Positions 36,328-45,111 of a stretch of 57,931 nt of DNA are shown here, in pieces. The notes under the pieces are model-generated. The model was not told the origin of the DNA, made no database searches, and saw only the letters and a list, made by a program, of their open reading frames with translations. Origin of the DNA: an uncultured Bacilli bacterium (GTDB taxonomy: Bacteria > Bacillota_I > Bacilli_A > RF39 > UBA660); NCBI GenBank assembly GCA_947594925.1, contig CANQEJ010000003.1, positions 1 to 57,931 of the forward strand, given 5' to 3'. How positions within the stretch are numbered: the stretch's first letter is position 1; each line of letters begins with the position of its first letter. The position numbers and the translations under genes were made by a program.

Positions 36328-36447
36328 ATGAGAACTTATAAAAAGAATTTACCAAAAGGTGTTAAAAAGATGTTTGGTACAGTTCGTGGGGTTAAAGTTA
36401 AACTTGTTAATAAAAATTTAGATAAGAAGAAAAAAACTACTAAATAA
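36328..36447 (+). CDS. Unannotated 39-aa very basic small protein (MRTYKKNLPKGVKKMFGTVRGVKVKLVNKNLDKKKKTTK)
   Basis: AAGGAGG lies 7 nt upstream; extended -10 TGgTATAAT upstream; terminator immediately downstream. Below the ORF-track length cut-off. Confidence 0.5.
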   Translation: MRTYKKNLPKGVKKMFGTVRGVKVKLVNKNLDKKKKTTK

Positions 36448-36468
36448 TACCATTAAATGGTATTTTTT
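36447..36468 (+). terminator. Rho-independent terminator after the small basic ORF
   Basis: ataccat taa atggtat followed by T5. Confidence 0.65.
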
Positions 36469-36502
36469 GTTTTATTAAGCATAAACTTCTTTAGGTGATA
36501 CT

Positions 36503-38407
36503 ATGTTTCAAAATAATATTCATACTAGAGTTCGTTATGTTTTTTTAATAACTTTAATATTATTTATTTTTATAATTGTAAGAGTATTTTATATTCAAGT
36601 TTTTAAGTATGATGATTTAAATAAATTGGCTCAATCTTTATGGAGCCGTAATTTACCTATTACAGCTGATAGAGGGGTGATAACGGACCGTAACGGAAAG
36701 GAACTTGCTACTAATATTACTACTACTTCTTTAGTTTTAATTCCTAATCAAATTAAAGATAAAGAGGAAGTATCAACTAAATTAGCTTCTATTTTAGGAG
36801 TTAGTAAAGAAGATATGGATAAACATGTTAATAAAAAAACTTCTATTGAAAGAGTACATCCTGAGGGTAGACAATTAAATTATGAAACAGCTGAGAAAAT
36901 TGATGCTTTAAAGTATGATGGTGTTTATTTGGTTAAAGAATCAAAAAGGTATTATCCATATGGTAGTTTACTTTCGCATGTGTTAGGTTATGTAGGAATA
37001 GATAATCAAGGTTTATCGGGAATAGAATTAGAGTATGATAAGTATTTAACGGGTAGTGATGGAGCAATTAAGTATTTTAGTGATGGTAAAGGAAATAAGT
37101 TAGAATTAACAGAGGTTTATGAAAAGCCTCAGGCTGGAGTAAATATTGCTTTAACTATTGATTTGGATTTACAGCTTGCTATTGAAAGAGAATTAGATAA
37201 TGTTATGAGCAAATATAATCCCGAGCATGCTTTAATTATGGCTATGAACCCGAAGACAGGTGAGATATTAGGTATGGGTTCCCGTCCTAATTTTGACCCT
37301 AATCATTATGAGAATTATGATAATGAAACTATCAATCGTAATTTACCAATATGGATGACTTATGAACCGGGAAGTACGTTTAAGATTATTACTTTAACTG
37401 CTTCTATTGAAGAACAAACTATTAATTTATTTGAAGATGAATTTACTGATGGTGGTTCGATTACCGTTGATGGGGCGCGAATTAAGTGTTGGAAAGCGGG
37501 AGGACATGGAACTCAGACATTTTTACAAGTTGTTGAAAACTCTTGTAATCCCGGTTTTGTAGTAATGGGTCAAAAATTAGGAAAGACTAAGTTATTTGAA
37601 TATATTCATAAATTTGGCTTTGGAGAGAAAACGGGAATTGATTTAAATGGAGAATCTAGTGGTATTTTATTTAAGGAAGATAAAGTAGGACCGGTAGAAC
37701 TAGCTACAACAAGTTTTGGCCAAGGAATATCGGTAACTCCTATTCAACAGGTAAAAGCAGTGAGTGCTGCTATTAATGGTGGCTCTTTATATACGCCTTA
37801 TATTGTGGGAAGTATGTTAGAACCAGAAACTAATTCAGTTATTAAAGCTATATATCCTAATAAGGAAGCCCAGGTAATTAGTGAAGATACTTCCGCTTTA
37901 GTAAGGCATGCTTTAGAAAGTGTTGTAGCAAATGGTAGTGGACGTAATGCCTATATTGAAAACTATCGAGTAGGTGGGAAGACTGGAACAGCTCAGAAGG
38001 TGCAAGATGGGCATTATATGAGTGGTAATTATATTTTATCGTTTATTGGCTTTATGCCTGCTAATGACCCAGAGATTGTAGTTTATGTAGCAGTGGACCA
38101 CCCGCAAGGTGTAGTGCAATATGGTGGTACGGTTTCAGCTCCAATTGCTAAAAATGTTTTACAAGATGCTATTAATATTTTGGGAATAAAATCCGATAAA
38201 GAAGGGCTGCCGAAAGAATATAATTATTTAGATACAAAATATGTTATTTTACCAGATGTGACGGGGAAAACTATTAAAGAAGCCAAAGAAGCTTTAAAAG
38301 GTTTTAAAATTGAATATGCGGGTAGTGGCGAAAAGGTCGTTTATGAAACGCCAAATCCGCAAATATTTGTAAAAGAAGGCAGTACAGTCAAACTTTTATT
38401 AGGATAA
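36503..38407 (+). CDS. Class B penicillin-binding protein (PBP2B/SpoVD-like) with C-terminal PASTA domain
   Basis: STFK, SCN and KTGT motifs. PASTA: LPDVTGKTIKEAKEALKG... Confidence 0.9.
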   Translation: MFQNNIHTRVRYVFLITLILFIFIIVRVFYIQVFKYDDLNKLAQSLWSRNLPITADRGVITDRNGKELATNITTTSLVLIPNQIKDKEEVSTKLASILGVSKEDMDKHVNKKTSIERVHPEGRQLNYETAEKIDALKYDGVYLVKESKRYYPYGSLLSHVLGYVGIDNQGLSGIELEYDKYLTGSDGAIKYFSDGKGNKLELTEVYEKPQAGVNIALTIDLDLQLAIERELDNVMSKYNPEHALIMAMNPKTGEILGMGSRPNFDPNHYENYDNETINRNLPIWMTYEPGSTFKIITLTASIEEQTINLFEDEFTDGGSITVDGARIKCWKAGGHGTQTFLQVVENSCNPGFVVMGQKLGKTKLFEYIHKFGFGEKTGIDLNGESSGILFKEDKVGPVELATTSFGQGISVTPIQQVKAVSAAINGGSLYTPYIVGSMLEPETNSVIKAIYPNKEAQVISEDTSALVRHALESVVANGSGRNAYIENYRVGGKTGTAQKVQDGHYMSGNYILSFIGFMPANDPEIVVYVAVDHPQGVVQYGGTVSAPIAKNVLQDAINILGIKSDKEGLPKEYNYLDTKYVILPDVTGKTIKEAKEALKGFKIEYAGSGEKVVYETPNPQIFVKEGSTVKLLLG

Positions 38408-38496
38408 TCATGTCAAATACTGTAAACAGTTATAAAAAGAGATTTAGATGCTTATAATTTTAGTAGTATAATGGTGTAGAAAGACGAGGTGTTTTA

Positions 38497-39489
38497 ATGC
38501 TAATCTTAGCCAAATCAACAATGGCCATGATGTTAGGATTTGTGTTAGCAATTGTAACAGGAATAATCATAATACCTTGGCTTCGTAAGCTTAATGCTAA
38601 ACAAAGTGTTAGTTTAAAAATATCAAAAACACATTTAGCAAAAAATGGAACACCAACTTTAGGTGGGTTTATCTTTATAATACCGACGATTTTATCTTTA
38701 ATATTTTTGTATTTTCGAGGTAGTATTGATATAACTCATAATTTAATTATTTTAGTCTTTGTATTCTTAGCCTATGCTCTTTTAGGTTTTGTTGATGATT
38801 TTTTGAAAATTAAATATAAAAATAATAAAGGTTTAAAAATATCGACGAAGTTTTTTTGTCAATTAATTATCGCTGTTATCTTTTTCTATATATTTATGAA
38901 AAATGGTGGTAAATCCGTGATTGAAATAACTTCTTTAGGTTTAGTTATTCCTTTAGGTTGGGGCTTTGGTTTATTTATCTTATTCTTATTAGTTGGAACA
39001 TCTAATGCTGTTAATATCACCGATGGTCTAGATGGTCTAGCCGGTGGTTTATCAGCTATTGCCTTTTTAGCTTTTGGTCTTTTATCTTGGAATACAACTT
39101 GGATGCAAGGTAATCAAGAGATGGCTATTTTCTGTTTTGTTTTAGTAGGAGCTTTATTTGGTTTCTTACTTTTCAATACCCATCCTGCTAAAGTCTTTAT
39201 GGGCGATATGGGTTCTTTAGCTTTAGGAGGAGCTTTAGCAACAATCGCTATCTTAACGCGTCATGAACTTTCCTTACCCTTAATTGGCGGTGTATTTGTG
39301 ATTGAAACTCTAAGTTCAATGATTCAAATTATTTCAATTCGTAAGTTTAATAAAAAGGTCTTTAAAATGGCTCCTTTGCATCATCACTTTGAACAAATTG
39401 GTTGGAGTGAACAAGACATTGTTAAAGTGTTTTGGGTAGTAGGATTACTTTTAGCCATGGCTGCTATTACTTATGGTGTATGGATTTAG
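38497..39489 (+). CDS. mraY: Phospho-N-acetylmuramoyl-pentapeptide transferase MraY
   Basis: TPTLGG, NAVNITDGLDGLA, APLHHHFE. Confidence 0.95.
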   Translation: MLILAKSTMAMMLGFVLAIVTGIIIIPWLRKLNAKQSVSLKISKTHLAKNGTPTLGGFIFIIPTILSLIFLYFRGSIDITHNLIILVFVFLAYALLGFVDDFLKIKYKNNKGLKISTKFFCQLIIAVIFFYIFMKNGGKSVIEITSLGLVIPLGWGFGLFILFLLVGTSNAVNITDGLDGLAGGLSAIAFLAFGLLSWNTTWMQGNQEMAIFCFVLVGALFGFLLFNTHPAKVFMGDMGSLALGGALATIAILTRHELSLPLIGGVFVIETLSSMIQIISIRKFNKKVFKMAPLHHHFEQIGWSEQDIVKVFWVVGLLLAMAAITYGVWI

Positions 39490-39508
39490 AAGCTTAAGCT
39501 TCTTTTTT
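39489..39508 (+). terminator. Rho-independent terminator after mraY
   Basis: Palindrome gaagcttaagcttc followed by T6. Confidence 0.7.
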
Positions 39509-39514
39509 AGTGCA

Positions 39515-39590
39515 TAAAAAAATGAGTGTTTTAGTAGTAATGAACCAAGACACAACCAAAACCCCAAAATAGATACTACTAATAACACTC
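39515..39590 (-). ncRNA. Orphan long imperfect hairpin followed (minus-strand sense) by a T7 run; candidate small RNA 3' end or terminator
   Basis: Arms 39524-39539 and 39574-39590 (16/17 nt, one bulge) with a 34-nt loop. A7 at 39516-39522 on the + strand. There is no minus-strand gene upstream. Confidence 0.3.
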
Positions 39591-39711
39591 GAGTAGATAT
39601 TATAAACAAAGCAATTAAAAAAATAAAGAAAAAGCGTCCGTCAAAATTCGTCATTATTTTTATAATGATAAATATGTTTATTTAGTGTATAATAGTTTAA
39701 GGAGATGCAGT

Positions 39712-40773
39712 ATGAATTGGAATGTTAATGGAAATAATATCTTCTTAATGGTTATTGTAACCTTTCTTACAAGTGTAGTATTAATGCCCATTATTAAATA
39801 TGTGGCTATTCATATAAACGCTATGGATTATCCTAATGAAAGAAAAGTTCATAAAGTTCCAATGCCCAGATTAGGTGGTGTTGCGATTTTCTTATCTTTT
39901 CTCGTAGGGTATATGTTATTTGCTAATGGTTCAGTAAGGATGCTTTCTATTTTAATTGCCAGTTTTGTAATAGTTTTAATGGGAATTTTTGATGATATTA
40001 ACCCTATTAAAGCGCGTTATAAGTTAATTGTACAGATAGTAGCAGCATGTATTACTACTTTTTATGGAAATATAGTTTTAAATGATATTTCGATATTTGG
40101 TTTAAATCTAATTTTTCCTGTTCCTATTAATTATATTATTACGATTTTTGTTATTGTGGCCATTACTAATGCTTTAAATTTTATTGATGGTCTAGATGGT
40201 CTAGCTAGTGGAATATCTTGTATTTATTTTGCTACTATTGCTGTTATAGCGGGGATTTTAAATACAATGGGTGGTTTAGATGTAACTTTATCTTTAATAA
40301 TGTTTGGGGCGACGATGGGCTTTTTAGCATATAATTTTCCCCCAGCTTCGATTTTTATGGGTGATAGTGGTAGTCAATTTTTAGGTTTTATCATTGCTGT
40401 AATATCTCTTTTAGGCTTTAAAGGAACAACTATTACTTCTTTAATTGTCCCTTTATGTATTTTAGCTATTCCTATTTTTGATGTTGCTTTAGCTATTTTA
40501 AGAAGACTAATTAAAGGGGAAGGCATTATGAAAGCTGATAAAGAACATTTTCATCATCAACTTTTAAAAATGAAATTTACCCAAAGAAAAACAATTTTAA
40601 TTATTTATGCTATTAATATAATCTTCTCTATTGTTTCTATATTTTATGTTCTAGGAGATAATCAAATTGCTATTATTATTTATATCTTATTAATGATTTT
40701 ACTTTTATTCTTTGTGTTAAAAACCGATATATTATTTGACCATCATAAGAAAAATATATCTGCCAAAAAATGA
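39712..40773 (+). CDS. tagO: Glycosyltransferase family 4, undecaprenyl-phosphate GlcNAc-1-phosphate transferase (TagO/WecA-like)
   Basis: NALNFIDGLDGLA, FMGDSGSQFLG, multi-TM. ATG 39712 lies 7 nt after AAGGAG. Confidence 0.85.
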   Translation: MNWNVNGNNIFLMVIVTFLTSVVLMPIIKYVAIHINAMDYPNERKVHKVPMPRLGGVAIFLSFLVGYMLFANGSVRMLSILIASFVIVLMGIFDDINPIKARYKLIVQIVAACITTFYGNIVLNDISIFGLNLIFPVPINYIITIFVIVAITNALNFIDGLDGLASGISCIYFATIAVIAGILNTMGGLDVTLSLIMFGATMGFLAYNFPPASIFMGDSGSQFLGFIIAVISLLGFKGTTITSLIVPLCILAIPIFDVALAILRRLIKGEGIMKADKEHFHHQLLKMKFTQRKTILIIYAINIIFSIVSIFYVLGDNQIAIIIYILLMILLLFFVLKTDILFDHHKKNISAKK

Positions 40774-40781
40774 TTCTTTTC

Positions 40782-40809
40782 TTGACTGTATTAAAAATAT
40801 TTTTATAAT
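40782..40809 (+). promoter_or_regulatory. Promoter for the radical SAM gene
   Basis: TTGACT, 16 nt, TATAAT. Confidence 0.5.
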
Positions 40810-40841
40810 ATAGTTAAGAATTTTTTTATGGGGGGGAATTT

Positions 40842-41663
40842 ATGCGGAAAGTTTATTTACAAAATTTAGGCTTAATAATAACTGAAAGATGTAATTTTAA
40901 TTGTGCTATGTGTCTTAGAGGAAAAAGTACTAATGTTGATATGTCTGATGCTGTAATGGAGGCGACATTAGAAAATATTATCGGAACTTCTTGTTTAAGT
41001 ATTTGTGGTGGGGAAGTAACTTTAGCTTTAGAAAGATTAGAAAAATTATTAAATTATATTATGACTAAAAGAATTATGATAGAAAAGTTAGCCATTATTA
41101 TTAATGGAAGTGTTTATAATGAAGATTTTATTAAGTTATTAGATAGTTTTAAAAGATATTTAGAAATAGTTAATAATTATTATGAACCAGCTCTTATGAT
41201 TTCTTATGATAAATTTCATCTGCAAGAACTTAAAAGATTGGGCTTAGAAAAAAAATTTTGGGAAAATAGGCAAAAATATCAAAAGAGTGGTCATCTTTTA
41301 GGATATAAGGGACTTGATAAGAAATTATTTAATGAAGGTAATGCGATATCTTTAAATCCTCAAGAAACTATTCCTTTACGTCCGATGCCTTATATTATGT
41401 CTTATGCTGGGAATAATTTAAAAGAAGATAGAGAAAATGGACTTTTAAATATTGGGCCGATTGTTACTGTTAATACGGAAGGGATTGTTACTGAAGCTGA
41501 TAGTTCTTATCTTAATCAAAAAACTATTTATAATTATGGTAATATATTGGATAAGAGCCTTGAAGATATTTGTTTAAATCGTAATCCTTTAATAGTGCCT
41601 CCCAAAAAATATTTTAAAGAGTGTGTTAAAGCCCAGAAAAAATATCAAACTTACTTAAAATAA
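40842..41663 (+). CDS. Radical SAM protein (single CX3CX2C cluster, no SPASM cysteines)
   Basis: ERCNFNCAMCLRG and ICGGEVTL (GGE SAM-binding motif). A G7 run serves as the SD. Confidence 0.7.
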   Translation: MRKVYLQNLGLIITERCNFNCAMCLRGKSTNVDMSDAVMEATLENIIGTSCLSICGGEVTLALERLEKLLNYIMTKRIMIEKLAIIINGSVYNEDFIKLLDSFKRYLEIVNNYYEPALMISYDKFHLQELKRLGLEKKFWENRQKYQKSGHLLGYKGLDKKLFNEGNAISLNPQETIPLRPMPYIMSYAGNNLKEDRENGLLNIGPIVTVNTEGIVTEADSSYLNQKTIYNYGNILDKSLEDICLNRNPLIVPPKKYFKECVKAQKKYQTYLK

Positions 41664-41690
41664 TGATATAATCTTTTTGAGGGATTTTTT

Positions 41691-43883
41691 ATGAAACTAA
41701 AAATTGATAATAAAGTTTTAATTAAGATATTATTAAGTTTTTATGCCTTATCCGTTTTTTTAGACTTACATATTTTTTATAATTCTATTTCTACTTTAAT
41801 TAGAGCTTTATTTATTTCTTTTATGTTTATTATTGTCATAATTAATCAAGGAAATTTTAAAGAGAAAAAGAGTTTTATTATCTATGGCGTAATTATTCTT
41901 TTATATATTTTAGGTCATCATTTAAACGCTTTAAATTTTAAATCTTTCGTACCGGGTAATTTTAATTATAATTTTATAAGTGAGTGTTTATATTTTTATA
42001 AGATGATTACTAATGTTTTACTTTTTTATATTGTTTATAAGTTAAATATTCGTTATAAAGATATTAAAAATTATTTAAAAGTTATTATTTTATTTATGAG
42101 TTTAAGTATTGTTATCTCCGATTTATTAGGACTTTCTTATACTGCTTATAATTTTTATCAAACTAAAATTCCAATGTATCGTTGGTTTGGTTTAGAAACT
42201 TATGATTTTATCGCTGCTTCTTCTAAGGGATTTTTCCATATGACTAATCAAATAGTAGCTATTTTCTTATTGTATTTGCCTCTTAGTTGTTATGAAGCTT
42301 TTAAAAGTAGGAAAATCCATAATTATCTTTTAATATTATTAATTGTTTTAAGTATGTTAATGATTGGTAATCGTCTTGCTGTTTATGGTACTATTTTAGA
42401 ATTAATTGTTATATCTTTTATCTATTTTCTACTTAATATTCATAAAAGAGTGAATTTAACTTTTTATTTATTTAATGCTTTTATTGTAATAGCAATGTTT
42501 ATGATTATTCCTCACAGCCCTCTTTCAATGCGTAATATTTATTATGATGCTATTTATAATGGTAAACCTTTAGAATTTATTAATAAAAAGAATATGGGAG
42601 AAAGTTATGAAGCTTATAAAGATATTCCTGATGATTTTAGTAAAAGGTTAGAAGAAAAAGAAGTAGATAGTTTATTTTCTCTAAATGCTTATCCTTATCA
42701 ATATGATAAAAAGTTTTGGGAAGATATTTTAAAAAATGATACTACTCTTACTGGTAATGCCCGTTTTATTGAACTATCTATTGTGAAAAGAGTAAAAGAA
42801 ATTAATCATAATTATTTAGATAATTTATTTGGTCTTACTTATACTAGAATTATGAATATTTTTAATATTGAAAAAGACTTTGTTATGCAATTTTATTCAA
42901 TAGGTATATTAGGATGTTTATTATTTTTAGGCTTTTATATTATTGCTTTTATTTATATTGGTATTAAAATATTATTTGCTTTTAAAGATAAGTTTAATGA
43001 AAAAAATATTGCTTTAGCTATGGGTACTTTGGTAGTGCTTGTAGCAGCTTATTTTAGTGGTAATTTATTAAATTCGATTAGTATTATTATTCCTCTTTCT
43101 TTTATGATAAGTATTTTAATTAATGAAGTAAGAAGTAAACAGGTTAAAAAAGAGAAAGAAAGGATATTAGGATTTGATGTAAGTTGTAGTTCTAAAAGAG
43201 TAATTGTTGATAATATATTTGCTTGTAAAGACCAAAGATTATTTGTTGTTAATATTAATCCTTTAATTGTTTTAGACCATTATAAAGATGAGAAAAAGAA
43301 ACAAGCTTTTAATGAACAACTTATCCAAATACCGGATGGAGAAGGAATTGTTTTACTTTCTAAATTAAGAGGAGGACATATAAATAAAAGAATAGCAGGT
43401 ATTGATTTAATGTTAGATATTTGTAAGAAATCTTTAGAAAAGAAAGAGAAAATTTATTTATATGGAGCGAAGAAAGGTGTAGCTTTAAAAGCTCAAGAAC
43501 AATTATTAAAAAGGTTTAAAGGTCTTAATATTGTGGGCGTAATAGATGGTTATACCAAAGAGGAAGAAGTCCTTCAAGATATTAATAAGAAAAAACCAGA
43601 TATTTTATTTGTTGCTTTAGGTAGTCCTTTACAAGAAGATTTTATTTTAAAAAATAAAGATAAACTGAAAAGTGTGAAAGTGTTTGTTCCTGTTGGGGGC
43701 AGTTTTGATGTTATTAGTGGTAATTTAAAAAGAGCACCTAAGGTGTTTCAAAAATTAAAATTAGAGTGGTTATATCGGATGATTAAAGAGCCGAAACGTT
43801 TTAAAGGCTTATTCCGTTTAGTTAAATTTATTGGTTTAGGAATTATTTATCAGGAAGAGCCTTTAGAAAACCTTGAAAATTAA
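41691..43883 (+). CDS. Fusion protein: polytopic O-antigen-ligase/Wzy-like membrane domain plus WecG/TagA-family glycosyltransferase
   Basis: About 480 aa of TM segments, then ILGFDVS...INPLIVL...IPDGEGIV...YLYGAKKGV...PDILFVALGSPLQE...VGGSFDVISG...LEWLYRMIKEPKR. Confidence 0.75.
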   Translation: MKLKIDNKVLIKILLSFYALSVFLDLHIFYNSISTLIRALFISFMFIIVIINQGNFKEKKSFIIYGVIILLYILGHHLNALNFKSFVPGNFNYNFISECLYFYKMITNVLLFYIVYKLNIRYKDIKNYLKVIILFMSLSIVISDLLGLSYTAYNFYQTKIPMYRWFGLETYDFIAASSKGFFHMTNQIVAIFLLYLPLSCYEAFKSRKIHNYLLILLIVLSMLMIGNRLAVYGTILELIVISFIYFLLNIHKRVNLTFYLFNAFIVIAMFMIIPHSPLSMRNIYYDAIYNGKPLEFINKKNMGESYEAYKDIPDDFSKRLEEKEVDSLFSLNAYPYQYDKKFWEDILKNDTTLTGNARFIELSIVKRVKEINHNYLDNLFGLTYTRIMNIFNIEKDFVMQFYSIGILGCLLFLGFYIIAFIYIGIKILFAFKDKFNEKNIALAMGTLVVLVAAYFSGNLLNSISIIIPLSFMISILINEVRSKQVKKEKERILGFDVSCSSKRVIVDNIFACKDQRLFVVNINPLIVLDHYKDEKKKQAFNEQLIQIPDGEGIVLLSKLRGGHINKRIAGIDLMLDICKKSLEKKEKIYLYGAKKGVALKAQEQLLKRFKGLNIVGVIDGYTKEEEVLQDINKKKPDILFVALGSPLQEDFILKNKDKLKSVKVFVPVGGSFDVISGNLKRAPKVFQKLKLEWLYRMIKEPKRFKGLFRLVKFIGLGIIYQEEPLENLEN

Positions 43884-43929
43884 AGACTAATTTAGTATAC
43901 TTTTTAAGAAAGAAAGTAGGTTTGAGATT

Positions 43930-44742
43930 ATGGACCCCGTGTTATTTGATTTTGGTTTTATCCAAGTAAGATGGTATTCAGTCATATTACTAGCTTCCTT
44001 TATAATTGGGATGTTCTTTGTTTTTAGGGAAGGCAAAAGACTTGGCATTGATAAAGATTTCTTATTTAATTTAATGTTTTGGACCATTGTTTTTAGTTTA
44101 ATAGGAGCTCGTTTGTATTATGTGTTATTTAATTTCTCCGAGTATAGTAATAATTTAATTGAAATTGTTAAAGTATGGCATGGAGGATTAGCTATTCATG
44201 GGGGAATTATCGCAGGAGTTATTACGGTTATTGTGTATACGAAAAAATATAATGTTGATATTTTTAAAGTATTAGATATTTTGGCACCTGCTTTGCTTAT
44301 TGGACAAGCCATAGGAAGATGGGGAAATTTCTTTAATAGCGAAGCCCATGGAGCAGCTACGAGTTTACAAACTTTGCAAAATTTTCATATTCCCCAATTT
44401 ATTATTAATGGTATGAATATTAATGGTGTTTATTATCACCCTACCTTTTTATATGAATCTTTATGGTGCTTATTAGGATTTATTGTTTTACTTATTTTTA
44501 GAAGGATGAAGTATACAAAAAATGGTCAGATAGCTGCTTTATATTTAGTTTGGTATGGTATCGGACGCTTTATTATTGAAGCAACGCGGACAGATTCTTT
44601 AATGTTTGGAGGCTTTAAAGTGGCTCAGTTAGTTTCAGTTATTTTTGTAATAGCTGGGGTTATTATTTTCTTTATTAAACAAAAGAAAGGTCATTTTGAA
44701 GATTTATATAATGAAGAATTAACAGATGAAATTCATTTTTAA
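43930..44742 (+). CDS. lgt: Prolipoprotein diacylglyceryl transferase
   Basis: VRWYSVILLASF, HGG, IGRWGNFFNSEAHG, YPTFLYES. Confidence 0.95.
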   Translation: MDPVLFDFGFIQVRWYSVILLASFIIGMFFVFREGKRLGIDKDFLFNLMFWTIVFSLIGARLYYVLFNFSEYSNNLIEIVKVWHGGLAIHGGIIAGVITVIVYTKKYNVDIFKVLDILAPALLIGQAIGRWGNFFNSEAHGAATSLQTLQNFHIPQFIINGMNINGVYYHPTFLYESLWCLLGFIVLLIFRRMKYTKNGQIAALYLVWYGIGRFIIEATRTDSLMFGGFKVAQLVSVIFVIAGVIIFFIKQKKGHFEDLYNEELTDEIHF

Positions 44743-44754
44743 TGGGGCGATGGT

Positions 44755-45111
44755 ATGAACGCAATAACTTTAGCATACATTGGTGATGCTGTTTATGAGT
44801 TATATATACGTAAATATTTAGTTAGTTTAAATATTGGGAAGGTTAAAGAGTTACAAAATAAGAGTTTGGAATATATTAGTGCAAAAAGTCAAAGAAAGCA
44901 TTTAGAAAGATTAATAGCAGCTAATTTTTTAAACGAAGAAGAATTAGAAATTTATAAAAGAGGACGAAATGCTCATGGTGGCAAAAGTAAAAGTGCTGAT
45001 ATTGTTACTTATAAAATAGCCACGGGTTTAGAGTGTTTAATAGGGAGTTTATACCTTTCCCAAAACTATGAACGTTTAAAAGAAATAATGGAATTTATTG
45101 TGAGGAATTAA
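44755..45111 (+). CDS. mrnC: Mini-ribonuclease 3
   Basis: LAYIGDAVYELYIRKYL, SAKSQ, conserved synteny with rlmB. Confidence 0.85.
   Translation: MNAITLAYIGDAVYELYIRKYLVSLNIGKVKELQNKSLEYISAKSQRKHLERLIAANFLNEEELEIYKRGRNAHGGKSKSADIVTYKIATGLECLIGSLYLSQNYERLKEIMEFIVRN

Noticed and set aside
39451-39654. A 67-aa hydrophobic minus-strand ORF, which could be read as a type I toxin-like peptide.
   Set aside because: It has no SD. It runs through both the minus-sense terminator-like hairpin and the mraY terminator and overlaps the mraY 3' end. A transcript ending at the T7 run would lack its stop codon. It is kept only as context for the sRNA hypothesis.
40828-40844. An upstream ATG (40828) followed by the G-run, which would fuse in frame to the radical SAM ORF if one G were added (possible translational phase variation).
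   Set aside because: The annotated ATG at 40842 lies at ideal distance from the G-run acting as SD, so a simple SD role explains the tract. The frameshift idea needs read-level evidence that I cannot obtain.
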